The notes under the pieces were generated by a model. The model made no database searches. It was not told the origin of the DNA and saw only the letters and a program-made list of their open reading frames with translations. From Rhynchopus sp. YZ270_cl-10 (Eukaryota), in contig OZ037844.1 of assembly GCA_964035575.1 (NCBI GenBank), positions 1,550,001 to 1,614,000 on the forward strand: DNA of 64,000 bases, given 5' to 3'. This document shows, piece by piece, positions 1 to 12,963 of the stretch; position 1 is the stretch's first letter, and each line of letters opens with the position of its first letter. Position numbers and translations under genes: made by a program.

Positions 1-57
1 GTGTGGATGAATCGGGGGGGTGCTATTTTCTGCTATTTCGGGTTGGTCAGCCACACC
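1..57. mobile_element. Minimal MITE, GGTGTGGCTGA-TIR family (left end clipped by window)
   Basis: GTGTGGATGA...TCAGCCACACC inverted ends with internal TGCTATTTTCTGCTATTT; matches 35759-35813 and the ends of 42311-43049. Confidence 0.7.
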
Positions 58-325
58 AAATAAGTATCTTTTGCGTGCCAATAGTGACTAAGCAATGAGA
101 GGCTTATGGGGGTACATCTCAGAGGCCTTTCTTTTTTTAGGTGTATTGTTGCGAGAGGGCTTTTGTATTTCAACATTTTCATTCCCCATCACCCCGTTTC
201 TCAAAAAACCTTTTCCGTTACCAAAAAAAAGGGACAAAAAAAACCGTGACGCCTGTCTTTTACTCAAACCATTATATTCCTCACCCCTTTCCCGCTCCCC
301 TCTCACCCCGGCTTCTTTTTCTCTG

Positions 326-388
326 TGCTTTCATCCGGATGGCTGGCATCGTACAGCGGGTCAGTCGGAGGTGCCTGCATCAACAACT
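326..388 (+). repeat. Dispersed ~60-nt hairpin family B (representative copy)
   Basis: TGCTTTCATCCGG...GGGTCAGTCGGAGGTGCCTGCATCAACAACT; relatives near 3129-3180, 22619-22676, 24095-24148, 41871-41921, 47475-47537, all on +. Confidence 0.75.
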
Positions 389-1515
389 TCACTTCTCTGC
401 CAAAAAAAAGGTCATTCGGGGCAGATGCAGAGCAGGCCAGTAGTGTGCCCCTTTCGATAGAACACTAGGTTTTGCTGAGTCAGCGAGCTGGACGTAGATT
501 ACCTTTAGCTCCTGAGGGTGCGTTTGCGCTTGACGATTTGGGACGCCTCCAGGAAGGTTGCACAGAGCTGACCCATTTTGTTCCAGAGCACAGAGCACAG
601 AGGCGGGACTGCTGATTTCCTCTATCCATATAAGGGCTACCCTTTTTTCTGGCAGCGAGAGTTGAGCCGAAGCTACGATATGCGCATTGCATTCAGCAAT
701 GCTGTGAAGCACGAAAAAAGGAAGATGTATATGGGGTGCAGTGGAGGAAGGGAGGGGGGGGAGGAATAAAACCCTCAACAGGGGTTTTCAGAAAAACACA
801 AAAAAAAGAAAACGGAGGGCCACAGTATTGAGTACCATTTGTAAAGTACTGGGACTCTAAACAAAACGGAGGGCGTCGGGCTGCTATATCTTTTTATCTC
901 CTACTCTGTAAGGGTAGAAGCCGGGGAGGGCCGGGGGAACAAAATAGTCACCACATTCAGCAGAAACAAATATTTTGTTTGCGTTTTTTTCTCGCCCCCC
1001 CCCTCCCCCGCACGAACCTTTCGCACTAACGGTGCCAAAGACCTCCCCCCGCATTTTCCCCTTTTTGATTTTGTTTGTTTCTTTTTGACCTCTAAGAGTA
1101 CGATCATAAACACAAAAAAATGATTTTTTTTTTTTTTTGAATTTCCTTTTTTTGGAAAAACTACCTTTTGTTTCTGTGATACGGTGCAGGGGCAGGTGTG
1201 AACTCTGCACACAAAACTCACACTTTTCCCTCTGAATTCGAACTATTCCACCACCAACCCCCTTTTCCGCGAAGAGACATGCCAGGTTCCAACCAGCGTT
1301 CCCCGCACGAGAAACGGGAGAGTGGCGAGAAGATGTGTACCCTGTTAAAATGGGGCAGCTTCATCTTTCAAGACCTTTTTCAACACAAATTTTTCAACAC
1401 AGAATTTTTTTTTTGCGAGAAAAAATAGAAAAGAACAAAAGGTCCAACCAACAGTATCGACCTGCCAGGTCCTTTTCTCCCCCATTTTTTTTCCTCTCTC
1501 TGCAGCGTTTTCCAT

Positions 1516-1674
1516 ACAATGCAACGAGGCCGAGTAAACCTCGCTAAGGCCAGATACGTGCGTGGCTGCTGCGCACTAAAAACTTACAATCACGCCTCAG
1601 CCACGCCTCAGATCGATCTTCCATCCACCGACATTGCCTATTTTCAAAAGCGTAGTCGGCCTCGATTGCATTGT
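1516..1674. mobile_element. MITE with ~18-bp TIR
   Basis: ACAATGCAACGAGGCCGA ... TCGGCCTCGATTGCATTGT; diverged second copy at 9300-9475. Confidence 0.7.
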
Positions 1675-3018
1675 GTGGGTTTCTCCTTCTTTTTGCAATT
1701 AGGAACCACTCTCTTATCACAACCCTTTAAAATTCCACTCCCCCCTTTTCTTATTTTTTTTTTTTTTTTGTTTTTTTTTTTTTTTTTTTTGCATTTGCGC
1801 GAGGGAGCACTTTTGCACTTTGAACTTGACTTTTTATTGTCATAGCGTGCCTTCGTCTGCCTGCATCTGCCATCATATCTCTTTTTAAAGAACTTCATGC
1901 GAACTCAATAATTCTTCCTGACAGTTTTTTTTTTTTGCACTTTGAACTTCTCTTTTTGCACTGCGCTGTTGTACATGCACATGACATGATATTACTTAAT
2001 GAGACTTTTTTAAGGATTCATCACGTCATTTATGCCCAAAAAACAAGATTGCAGTATTCAACTTTGCAGATGGCTCAGCCCCACAGAGGCTCAGACTCAT
2101 CTTAAGCAACCTTTTCGCTTTTGTATAGGTGAAGTGTGGTTTTGTTTTTGATGCACACATCTCGGAATCTCGGAATCTTCAGGGCATCGTTCCCTTGCCA
2201 CTACAGTGTTCTGTCGGCCAGAGGCTTTTAGCTTAGACCTATTACAGTTAACGGTACGGCCTGATAGAACACAATGATACTAGTGGTACGTTCCGACCTG
2301 TATTTCAACCATGTACTCGAGATTTCAGCCCATTGGAGGTCCTGCAGCAAACACCTGTGGAGTGGAAATAGGTAGGGGGTGGGGAGGGTAAAAACTAAAG
2401 GTGTACTTTGCACGGCGGTCTCCGTATAACAGCATGTTAGGACACTCCCTCCTGACGGAGGATCGTGACTGAGCCTAGGCTCCGTATTATATTGCATGGG
2501 ATTTTACCTGGAGTTTTCACCCCACCGATATGTTGATGACTGTATGGTTATTAACAATGGCAGAGATGTGTGCGCATGAGGGGACGTATTCATCTTAGAA
2601 GGGGGAGGTTTGTTTTTGTTTTTTGTAAAGGTGACTGAGCACAGTGAGGCTTTAGTTCATTTCAAGGTTTGAAGCTGTATTTTGTTTTTTAATGCTTACA
2701 AAAGCGTACCCCCTCAAGGGTAATTGAGCAATCAACGAAAAAAAAAGTTTTTGTTCCTACTTTTGCACCTACTTCATTCCTCTTCCTCCAGAACCATTGA
2801 TCAAAGCTCAACACCCGAGAAAAAGACTTTTTTTTAAAATGAACAATGTTTACTTTCCCTTTTTTTGGGAAGTACAATAATTTGCCCCCCGTTTTTCACA
2901 ACACGGGCAAAGCCATTATTTCCTTTTCACATCTTCTGTTGGGTGGTTCCACAGTGTACTTTGTCCTTGCATTCTTCCAAAATTATCGGCCGTAACGCAT
3001 TTTAGCACGTTTTTTAAC

Positions 3019-3125
3019 TACCGTAATCGTAAAAATTGACCGTAATGTTCAAGCTTTTCAGGATTTTTTTTCTGAAAGTTTGACCTTTTTTTACGGTCGA
3101 GCATTTTTTTTATACGATTACGGTA
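3019..3125. mobile_element. Short TA-flanked MITE (Tc1/mariner-pogo-like ends)
   Basis: TACCGTAATCGTA ... TACGATTACGGTA; related copy at 24995-25084. Confidence 0.65.
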
Positions 3126-3652
3126 CTCAGCATCTGGCTTCCATACCGTGGGTTAGTCGGAGGTGTCTGCAGGAGTAACTACTATTGTTTTGCTTTTTGT
3201 TTTTGTTTGCTGTATGCGAGGTGCTCATTCATCTTGCAGAGTTTGTTGTTGTTATTATATTTTTGTTGAGTAAACAAAGCACGCAAGCCTCACAGCCTTT
3301 ATTACCTCTACCCCTGTCTTGAGGTGAAAAATAATAGTATGCAGTAGTGGGAAGTGGGGCAGCCAAGGAACATTTGCCCCAGGGTTCTAGCTTCGGGCGG
3401 GGTTTGGGGAGACTGTCCAGACATCAGCGAAACAGAGGAAAAAAAAAAAGGGGTTTTTCATTTTCATCCCATTCCCTATTCAGGTCCAAGCCTGCAGGTG
3501 CTGACCCTTTCTGAGAATTTGCAGCGCAGTTTCCCTGTCTAAGAGTGTGCCTTTGTACACGAGACCACCGCTATTCTGCGGCAGCACAGCACCAACCCCT
3601 ATTCCCGTACACCCACATGACGCACACACAGACAAGACAACTAATACTCAAT

Positions 3653-4878
3653 ATGCCCAAGAGAAAGGCAACGAGTGAACACGTGTCAGAAGACGAACTG
3701 CACTTACCAAAAAAGATGGCGAAGGCGGCCAGCGGAGCGGGCGCCAACAGTGTACCCCCCTCTTCCGCTTCCTCAGATGCCATCAACCTGACCTTCTTTC
3801 GCAAGGATGGCGCCGGACTGCACCCCACCAGGAAATGGGACCTGAAGTGGGTGGAACCCTTTTGCGATGTGCAATTTAAGAGTGGTCTTGGGTTCACCGA
3901 GGACAACCTCCAGAACGTCGAACTGTTGCCGCAACAGAGAGTGTTTGCCGAGTGCCCTGCGCGAAGGGACGACATCGTGGAAGAAACGTGGGAGCTGGAC
4001 TTGAAGGATGTGCCTGTATGTTGTAAAGGCCTGGTCGTCCAGAACGTAGGCGTTGTCTTCGTAAATCTGCAGAGGGTCCTCCGCCAACAGGACGGAACCT
4101 TGAGAGTGGATTCGCCGTGTGACAAGGAGAAGGCCGTGTTGACAGGTGTGGCCATGCAACTGCTGATGTTGTGTGGGTTTGATGATGGCAAGGATTTTAC
4201 GATCACCTGCCAACCAATCGAGTTCAAGTTTTCCGGAATGGAGATCAACAGTGAGGCTGACGTATTCGTGGTGAAGCGCTGCAAGGGAGGAACAGAACAA
4301 CCTGTGTTTATCTGGGAGGACAAACTGCCGAAGGACGAAAAGGGCAAAGAGAACACGATTGCGGATATGCTGGAGGCCTCTGCTGCTCAAATCATTGGGG
4401 AGATGATTGCAGTGCACTACCGGAACAAGATGCACAACTTTGAGTCATGTGAGCTGTACGCCATCCGCCTCATCGACGACAGGGTTGCTTTCTTCAGGAT
4501 GGAGATGACTGCAGAGCAGATTGAGGCAGTGTGCGAGGAGGGTGTCATCCCAGACCACAAGCTCAAGGTATAACTATTGTTGTGTATGTTTTTGTGTCAA
4601 CAATCACACTACCCCACGAGTGGAGATTAGAGTTCAATTCAATGAATATCACTTTTGTTGTATACTTCTTACAACAGGTGGAGCATGTTCCGATGGATGC
4701 ACTGACAGCAGGCGAGGACTACGGAGTGAGCCTTCTGGACCCTGACAACAGACTCTGGTTCGTGCAGATGATGGCGTGCATCCGTGCTGACATGCTGAAG
4801 CGTGAGCTGCCCGACTTACCAAAGTGGGTGTCGGACGTACATGGAAAAGCTATTGATCCGAAAAAACTCTGGGGATAG
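3653..4878 (+). CDS. PD-(D/E)xK restriction-endonuclease-fold protein, paralogue A; exons 3653-4567 and 4678-4878 (371 aa); NLS-like N-terminus
   Basis: Motifs EADVFVV...IWEDK...AAQIIGEMIA. A phase-0 GT..AG intron joins ORF 3545-4573 to the frame of 4531-4878 and is conserved in the paralogue. N-terminus MPKRK...PKKMAK. Confidence 0.75.
4568..4677 (+). other. Spliceosomal intron (110 nt); paralogous intron at 6559-6669
   Basis: AAG|GTATAA ... TTACAACAG|GTG; AT-rich; removal skips an in-frame TAA and restores the frame in both copies. Confidence 0.8.
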
Positions 4879-5661
4879 TGGTGCCCATGGCATGCCTTCG
4901 ATAAAGTGTTGTGAAGGAAAGGTGGCCTGGGTGAAATAGCAAGCTTCCTGGGGCAGTTGAAATAGTAGAGGACCTTGATCCCCGTAATCCTGTTAATACT
5001 GTTAATGTTAAGTCCACCTGTACCCCCACAAGATTCACCCCCCACCACGCTCAGGATGAAGGAGCATCAAGCTCCACGAAGTAAAGTTGTTTTGTTATGG
5101 TCATCAGAAACCACCACCCACCACCATGAATCTTATAAACCCAGTCCCCAGGTGCCCATGAGGGTGGCCACCTTTAATAATTAATTAGTTATGTGTACGT
5201 ACGGATGCAATGTAATGTCGAGCCCAGGATGTGGTGACGATGAGGGAGAGTATCGTTGGAACTTTGATGAAGTTGCATTTCCAAGATGAGAAGAGAAAAG
5301 ATGTGCTATGAAACAACGACCCAGAAGAAAGATGCTGCTGCTGCTGGTCCTTCCACGAAGACAAGAGACGTGGGTTGAGTTCCAGTGGTGGTGTTGGGAG
5401 CGAGATAGTGACTGTGATGTGTTGTAAAAGCAAGTGTGTTGGGACCCCAATGTGGTGGTCGACTGTTAAGTTTTTGTCAGCACCTGCTACATCCTTCTTT
5501 GCGAAGAGGTGTACTGTCTGTCTTCTGTCTGTCTTTGTTGTGAATAGCAATGTGCAAATACAGTGTACCCCTCCTCACCCCTTTGTTCTCTTCTTTCCTT
5601 CCCTCCAGCATCTGGGATAATACTCCAGGACCAAGAAGTTTACAAATAAAACACAAACACA

Positions 5662-6873
5662 ATGCGTCGTCTTCTGCTGTGCGCACGTACCACCAGGTTG
5701 CCATCATCTGTCTCGCGGGCGTTCTCAGTTACTCCCACGCTGTCGAACAAGACCACCCAGCCGATTGACCTGAAGCCCTTTAGGGAGTTCCAAATTGCAC
5801 CCAACAGAGCCACTGTCAAATGTAACCTGCACCCCACCAGGAAATGGGACCTGAAGGGGGTGGAACCCTTTTGCGATGTGCAATTTAAGAGTGGTCTTGG
5901 GTTCACCGAGGACAACCTCCAGAACGTCGAACTGTTGCCGCAACAGAGAGTGTTTGCCGAGTGCCCTGCGCGAAGGGACGACATCGTGGAAGGAACGTGG
6001 GAGCTGCCTCGTACAGGCCTGGTCGTGCGGGACGTCAGCGCTACCTTCAAAAAGCTGCAGAGGGTCCTCCGCCAACAGGACGGAACCTTGAGAGTGGAGC
6101 CGCCGTGTGACAAGGAGAAGGCCGTGTTGTTCGGTGTGGCCATGCAACTGCTGATGTTGTGTGGGTTTGATGATGGCAAGAATTTTACGATCACCTGCCA
6201 ACCAATCGAGTTCAAGTTTGCCGGAATGGAGATCAACAGTGAGGCTGACGTATTCGTGGTGAAGCGCAGCAACAAGGGAGGAACAGAACAACCTGTGTTT
6301 ATCTGGGAGGACAAACTGCCGAAGGACGAAAAGGGCAAAGAGAACACGACTGCGGATATGCTGGAGGCCTCTGCTGCTCAAATCATTGGGGAGATGATTG
6401 CAGTGCACTACCGGAACAAGATGCGCAACTTTGCGTCATGTGAGCTGTACGCCATCCGCCTCATCGACGACAGGGTTGCTTTCTTCAGGATGGAGATGAC
6501 TGCAGAGCAGATTGAGGCAGTGTGCGAGGAGGGTGTCATCCCAGACCACAAGCTCAAGGTATAACTATTGTTGTGTATATTTTTGTGCCAACAATCACAC
6601 CACCCCACGAGTGGAGATCTAGAGTTCAATTCAATGAATATCACTTTTGTTGTATACTTCTTACAACAGGTGGAGCATGTTCCGATGGATGCACTGACAG
6701 CAGGCGAGGACTACGGAGTGAGCCTTCTGGACCCTGACAACAGACTCTGGTTCGTGCAGATGATGGCGTGCATCCGTGCTGACATGCTGAAGCGTGAGCT
6801 GCCCGACTTACCAAAGTGGGTGTCGAACGCAGATGTAGAAGATCATGATGATCCTGATCCGACCAAACTCTAG
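5662..6873 (+). CDS. PD-(D/E)xK-fold protein, paralogue B; exons 5662-6558 and 6670-6873 (366 aa); mitochondrial-presequence-like N-terminus
   Basis: Core nearly identical to paralogue A; N-terminus MRRLLLCARTTRLPSSVSRAFS is Arg/Ser/Leu-rich with no acidic residues. Confidence 0.75.
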
Positions 6874-7690
6874 CCTCGTTCGGATCACCCTTGACATGTC
6901 TAGTAAGTGTGTATTCCTGTCGGGATGTTGGATGTGCTGTGAAGAAAAAGTTACATCAAACTTCCTGGGGTAGTTGGAAGAAGATGACTTAGTTCCTGTT
7001 AATCCTGTTAATGTTAAGTCCACCTGTACCCCCACAAGATTCACCCCCCACCACGCTCAGGATGAAGGAGCATCAAGCTCCACGAAGTAAAGTTGTTTTG
7101 TTATGGTCATCAGAAACCACCACCCACCACCATGAATCTTATAAACCGAATCCCCAGGTGTCCATGAGGGTGGCCACCTTTAATAATTAATTAGTTATGT
7201 GTACGTACGGATGCAATGTAATGTCGAGCCCAGGATGTGGTGACGATGAGGGAGAGTATCGTTGGAACTTTGATGAAGTTGCATTTCCAAGATGAGAAGA
7301 GAAAAGATGTGCTATGAAACAACGACCCAGAAGAAAGATGCTGCTGCTGCTGGTCCTTCCACGAAGACAAGAGACGTGGGTTGAGTTCCAGTGGTGGTGT
7401 TGGGAGCGAGATAGTGACTGTGATGTGTTGTAAAAGCAAGTGTGTTGGGACCCCCAATGTGGTGGTCGACTGTTAAGTTTTTGTCAGCACCTGCTACATC
7501 CTTCTTTGCGAAGAGGTGTACTGTCTGTCTTCTGTCTGTCTTTGTTGTGAATAGCAATGTGCAAATACAGTGTACCCCTCCTCACCCCTTTGTTCTCATT
7601 GTTCTCTTCTTCTTCCGCCACTTTTTTGGACATTTTTTACACCTGCACGGTGCGGTCTGTCGTGCTTGGAGTGTGTAAATAACGGACTTA

Positions 7691-7821
7691 CCCCCTGAGT
7701 CCGACAGTCGGACCCCCTGAGTCCGACAGACGGACTCAGGGGTCCGTCTGTCGGACTCTGGAGTCCGACAGACGGACTCTGGAGTCCGACTGTCGGACTC
7801 TGGGGTCCGACAGTCGGACCC
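7691..7821. repeat. Cluster of GTCCGAC(A/T)GTCGGAC palindromes
   Basis: About six iterated palindromes; reverse complement matches 13309-13370. Confidence 0.85.
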
Positions 7822-8217
7822 AAAAAAAAAAATTTTTTTTTTTTTTGGGCCGAAAAAAAAAATTTTTTTTTTGGCCAAAAAAATTTTTTTGGCCGAAAAT
7901 CGCCTTGTATAGCCACTACAGTACACATGGTTTTACCAAAATAGCCGTATTTTGGCTGAAAATTTGACTTGAAAATTTTTTTCATTGTTTGGTCAATCTG
8001 AGGTTTTCTTTGAATTTTTTGGGCCATTTTATGACCTACTACACCCAATTTTTGGGGGATTTTTTTTTTCTTGGTCAAAAAATAGCGCTTGTTGCCTACT
8101 ACTGGGTATAGGCTTGTTCAGAGGTGTGTATTTGGTGTACCCAGACATGGTCAAAACACATGAATTTTGCGTTTTTTTGCATTTTTAGGTTCTCGACCAA
8201 CCAGGGGGCGACCAATT

Positions 8218-9116
8218 TGGGTACTGGGTACTGGGTACTGGGTACTGGGTACTGGGTACTGGGTACTGGGTACTGGGTACTGGGTACTGGGTACTGGGTA
8301 CTGGGTACTGGGTACTGGGTACTGGGTACTGGGTACTGGGTACTGGGTACTGGGTACTGGGTACTGGGTACTGGGTACTGGGTACTGGGTACTGGGTACT
8401 GGGTACTGGGTACTGGGTACTGGGTACTGGGTACTGGGTACTGGGTACTGGGTACTGGGTACTGGGTACTGGGTACTGGGTACTGGGTACTGGGTACTGG
8501 GTACTGGGTACTGGGTACTGGGTACTGGGTACTGGGTACTGGGTACTGGGTACTGGGTACTGGGTACTGGGTACTGGGTTGGGTACTGGGTACTGGGTAC
8601 TGGGTACTGGGTACTGGGTACTGGGTACTGGGTACTGGGTACTGGGTACTGGGTACTGGGTACTGGGTACTGGGTACTGGGTACTGGGTACTGGGTACTG
8701 GGTACTGGGTACTGGGTACTGGGTACTGGGTACTGGGTACTGGGTACTGGGTACTGGGTACTGGGTACTGGGTACTGGGTACTGGGTACTGGGTACTGGG
8801 TACTGGGTACTGGGTACTGGGTACTGGGTACTGGGTACTGGGTACTGGGTACTGGGTACTGGGTACTGGGTACTGGGTACTGGGTACTGGGTACTGGGTA
8901 CTGGGTACTGGGTACTGGGTACTGGGTACTGGGTACTGGGTACTGGGTACTGGGTTGGGTACTGGGTACTGGGTACTGGGTACTGGGTACTGGGTACTGG
9001 GTACTGGGTACTGGGTACTGGGTACTGGGTACTGGGTACTGGGTACTGGGTACTGGGTACTGGGTACTGGGTACTGGGTACTGGGTACTGGGTACTGGGT
9101 ACTGGGTACTGGGTAC
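8218..9116. repeat. (TGGGTAC)n 7-mer tandem array, ~128 units
   Basis: Direct reading; two small interruptions near 8580 and 8955. Confidence 0.98.
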
Positions 9117-9299
9117 CAAGAGAAGGCAGCTTGACAGCAGCGAAGGCGGAGGCTACGGGGAAGACAAGGTATGTAAATGTTTAACTTTCAGTTACTTGTG
9201 TAGATGCAAACAACACACCCAGTGGTTTGCAGCATTTTATTTTCTTGTGTGCTTTCTCTTCTTTGAATCGAAAGTATGTGAACCTTATTACATCATGAT

Positions 9300-9475
9300 A
9301 CAATGCAACGAGGCCGAAACAGCCTCACTAAGGCCTCTGAAAATAAATGTTCAGACTTGGCACTTACTTATGTTTAGGTGCGCCTCAACCACACGCTTGA
9401 ATATATTTAATTTGCCACACCTCAGATAGATTTTCCAGATATGCCTATGTTCAGGTGTTCCAGGCCTCGTCACAA
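9300..9475. mobile_element. Diverged copy of the 1516-1674 MITE
   Basis: Shares ACAATGCAACGAGGCCGA, CTAAGGCC, CCTCAGAT, TGCCTAT and GGCCTCG in the same order. Confidence 0.6.
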
Positions 9476-9818
9476 ATAGACAAAAAAACAAAAGCCAAAA
9501 CAACAGAGAGAGAGCCAACAATTTTTTATCTCACTTGTGTAATAATGTTTAGCCGCGTTTTCGAAATTCCTTCCTGGAGATTACACAAAATACAGTAGAC
9601 ATTATCTCCGCACACAAAGAACAAAACAAAACCCATGCCGAGAGTAGGCGCAAAAGCAATGTGGAGGAGATCTGCGCATGCAACCAAAAGGGTTGCAGTC
9701 ATAGGACTTCGAGGAACTGTTCACCATACCCAACCTTGACGCCCCGTACTAGGTGGTCATACATCATTTGTCAAATATACTGTAGGAATTTCGAAAACGC
9801 AGCACAACATTATTGCCC

Positions 9819-10660
9819 GTGAGATAATAACTATTTATTCGAGTGAAATAAGAACTATTTTATTTCACGCGCCACTAAAAAGGTGCCCGAGTGCGTTATT
9901 TCCCGAGCGAAGCGAGGGGAATAAGAGTGAGAGTCACGAGGGTGCCTTTTTAGTGGCAAGTGCAAGAAAATGTTCTTATTTCACTCAATATGTAATTTTA
10001 TTCCACAAGTGAAAAACGTATTTATAGGTGTAAACAGTGGAACGTTGAGCCCACGCTCCACCCCTCACACCACCACACTTCAAATTACAGATTATTTATT
10101 GCCTCTTACACACATGCCTAAACCCACGCGCAAGTTTGCGGAGATGGAGGATGCATATGACAACTTGTTCGACGACATGAACAGTGGTGTGCAGTACAGG
10201 AAAACATGGGACGATTTCCTCCGTTTCAACAGACTTTCAGGAGCGAACGAGCCCAGGGAAGAACACGTCGTGTCCTTCAGATCACTCCGTGATCTTTTAT
10301 TTCACTCCCCCACCCAATCCTTCACGATTTGCGTGAAATAAAACGTGAAATAAAACGAATCTTATTTCACTCACTTTTTCACCTGTTTACGTTTTTCACG
10401 CGTGGTATAAAATTACGTATCGAAAACTAAAGTGAACATTATTTAACTGATGGGTGATTCACAAACTGGAATACGTGATACCCACTCGCTATCGCTCGTG
10501 ACATCACTTTTATGATTACACTCACTTCACTCATGAAATCAAAATGCTGAACTCCACTCGCTTCGTGAAGTTGAGCCCCAGTTTGAGTCACCCACCACCT
10601 CGTGAAATAATGTTCACTTTATTTCATGAGATAATAATTATCTAACTCAGTGAAATAAAA
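9819..10660 (+). mobile_element. Possible Crypton-like (tyrosine-recombinase transposon) relic
   Basis: Long hairpin 9841-9986 centred on CGAGCGAAGCGAG; many GTGAAATAA motifs; direct-repeat ends (GAGATAATAA...AGTGAAATAA at ~9821 and ~10628); short ORF 10114-10341 (QYRKTWDDFLRF...EPREEHVVSF) resembling an integrase N-terminal SAM-like domain. Confidence 0.4.
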
Positions 10661-12963
10661 CTCGTGTAATTTTGCAGATTATATGCCCTTTGTGTCACTC
10701 AATTGTAACCGAGAATGTAAGGCAGTGAGTATTTGATCTGCCCTTTATGTCGCGAAATACTATGTTTGGTGTTTTGACGTCTTCCAAGCAGATGGATATT
10801 CCCTCACTTGCACGCAATCTACCGAGGAACCGACTGCCTTTCTCAAAAGCCAGTACATGTCGGGGTGTCGAGGTCCGTGTCAATACAAAGCGGACCAAGT
10901 CGCTCGAGGTTTGAAAACCGCAAGAACTCGTCCCATTTCTTCTTGTACACCTCCTTGCTTCTCATACCCGCTGAGACTTGGTATCCGTAAGTGTCATACA
11001 TCCTGTCCTTCTTCGTTTTGGCAGTGTTTGAGGGGAGTGATGAAAAAGTTCTTTTTTTTACTGAGTGATTTTTTTAACCAAAAGAAAACCGACGCAGGAG
11101 CTTTTCTGGAACTGTTTTATTCTCCCCACCCCAACAACATCACATTTCAGAAAAACATTGTTTTTTCGTTTTTGTTCACTTTCTTTTCTTCTCCCTCACA
11201 CCTGTTTGCTGTGAATTAAATTTTTTCGTTTCGGCCTGGTCGCAAACGCGAGTTTTCCTGGAAGCGCAGGAAAAATGACTGGGGAGTGTTGGTGGCTCCG
11301 TGACGCCACAGAGCCGGCACACTCGTTGAGTGCCTCACAAAACCTCAAATTTATTCCGCTTTGATTTCATTTATTGTCTTCACGCTTTATCGTTGTTGTT
11401 GGGTTGGGAAATAATATTTCATTCTCCCATACATTCTCGGTTACAATTGAGTGACAAAGGGCACATTATCACCCACCTTTGTGGGAATTCACAAAATTAC
11501 ACGAGTTTTATCCCCTTTTTTTACCACATTAACCTCACCTTTCCCGATAACTGCGTTTCTACACCATACATTTCATTCATTAATCACACTCCACATTTAC
11601 ACTCATCACAGGATCGTGAAATCTGAACTGCATCTGCGATTGTGATGAGAAGCCTCGCCGCGTCTCCGACATTCAGCAACTCAAAATCCAAAGAGTATCA
11701 CCCGCATCAATCCATTCTGAGTTTGCGGACTAAGATCTGGGGTGGAAGGGGGATGGGTACACTTTGTCAGTCACTGCTATTGCCATTTAACCCAGGGAGC
11801 ATAGCTAGTGCAAGAAATTCGACTTTGGAAACCTTCCGGAAAGTCTGTCCTCTGCTTGCGGAGGACGAGGCACAAGAAAATATTGCGTTCCCCCAGAAAA
11901 CCAGTGCACATTTCACACTCCTTGTGGGTGGTCTTGTTGCCTTTTTGTCACAGTAATTTTGGCCCAGGCATGCTCTTGAAGCATGACAATTTAGTGTGTA
12001 TGGGGCAGGGTGTTGTTTTGTTCTGAATTCTCTTTGTTATAACATCTAAGTCAATCGCGGGTGGTGGTTTGTGTAGCGTGAGGCACTCTTTTTAACAAAC
12101 TTCCTGCGGCTGCTAAAGCGTTATTTCTTCGGATTTAACAACGTACAGCGTAACATAGTGGATTCGCCTGGTCGACACAACCTTTGATAGATGTGGGATA
12201 ACCAACCCCCTTCGACCCCTCGTGGGTTCACTAAACAAGCCCTCGTGGTAGTTAAACGCGATTGACATTTACATTCCTAGAGATGAAAGAACAAGATAAC
12301 ACTTCTGTACCCGCGCATCAAAATTGTGGAAAACTTTGCACCCCAAACACCCTCAACAACGCCCGCCAAAAGGCGCCCCTTGTTGCTGGGAGTTGGTTCT
12401 CATGATACCTGCACAGCGGGCATTCCTCTGAGTCCAACGCATGTTTGGCCTGTCTGCGGCGTTGTACTTCAGGTGCACGAAGACAGGGTCTGGTGGTAAA
12501 TTTTGCGTAGTGTCGCATTCCCTCATGTGTGGGTCACTCACACTTGGCGGTCATGTGCCACTGCGTGGGTCTGGGAATTTGGGTACCTGGGTACAGGAAA
12601 TTTGTTGTGGAAGACATCAACCACCATGCATTGAGGAGGGTAAGACAGTGTTCGCAGTTTCTACCTGATAGCATTACAACATTTAACTTCTCCACGGGGG
12701 TCTTGGGCCGTTCACTCGGTTCTACCTTGACTACCGGAAGATATTCTTGAGGCCTTTCTGGTCTCTAGAATATCCGGTCTTCCCGAACGGAGGCACACTT
12801 TGTGTGTTACTACGACCTGGCAATTTCCAGCAGTAGGTTAAGTAATCTTTCTTGTAAATTGTTGGATCATTATCTCCTCAGTGCATGAATGCCCCACGTG
12901 ACTGGACACTTTTGTGTTTGTCATGTGGAGCTGTGGTTGCTCTTTCACGACTTTTTTCCTGTT

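Larger units (their letters stand above)
3818..7597 (+). repeat. Tandem duplication, ~2.0 kb period (3818-5590 and 5827-7597)
   Basis: CDS core, intron and ~600 bp of downstream DNA near-identical; the 5' ends and last codons differ. Confidence 0.95.

Noticed and set aside
8124..9429. Long ORFs of WVLGTGY / STQYPVP repeats
   Set aside because: Stop-free translations of the 7-mer satellite; the same applies to ORFs over 12838-13597, 22050-22723, 31467-31809, 42351-43006 and 51620-52096
11600..12960. Coding-like GC-balanced region with short ORFs
   Set aside because: No recognisable domain in the frames I read; possibly decayed element coding sequence
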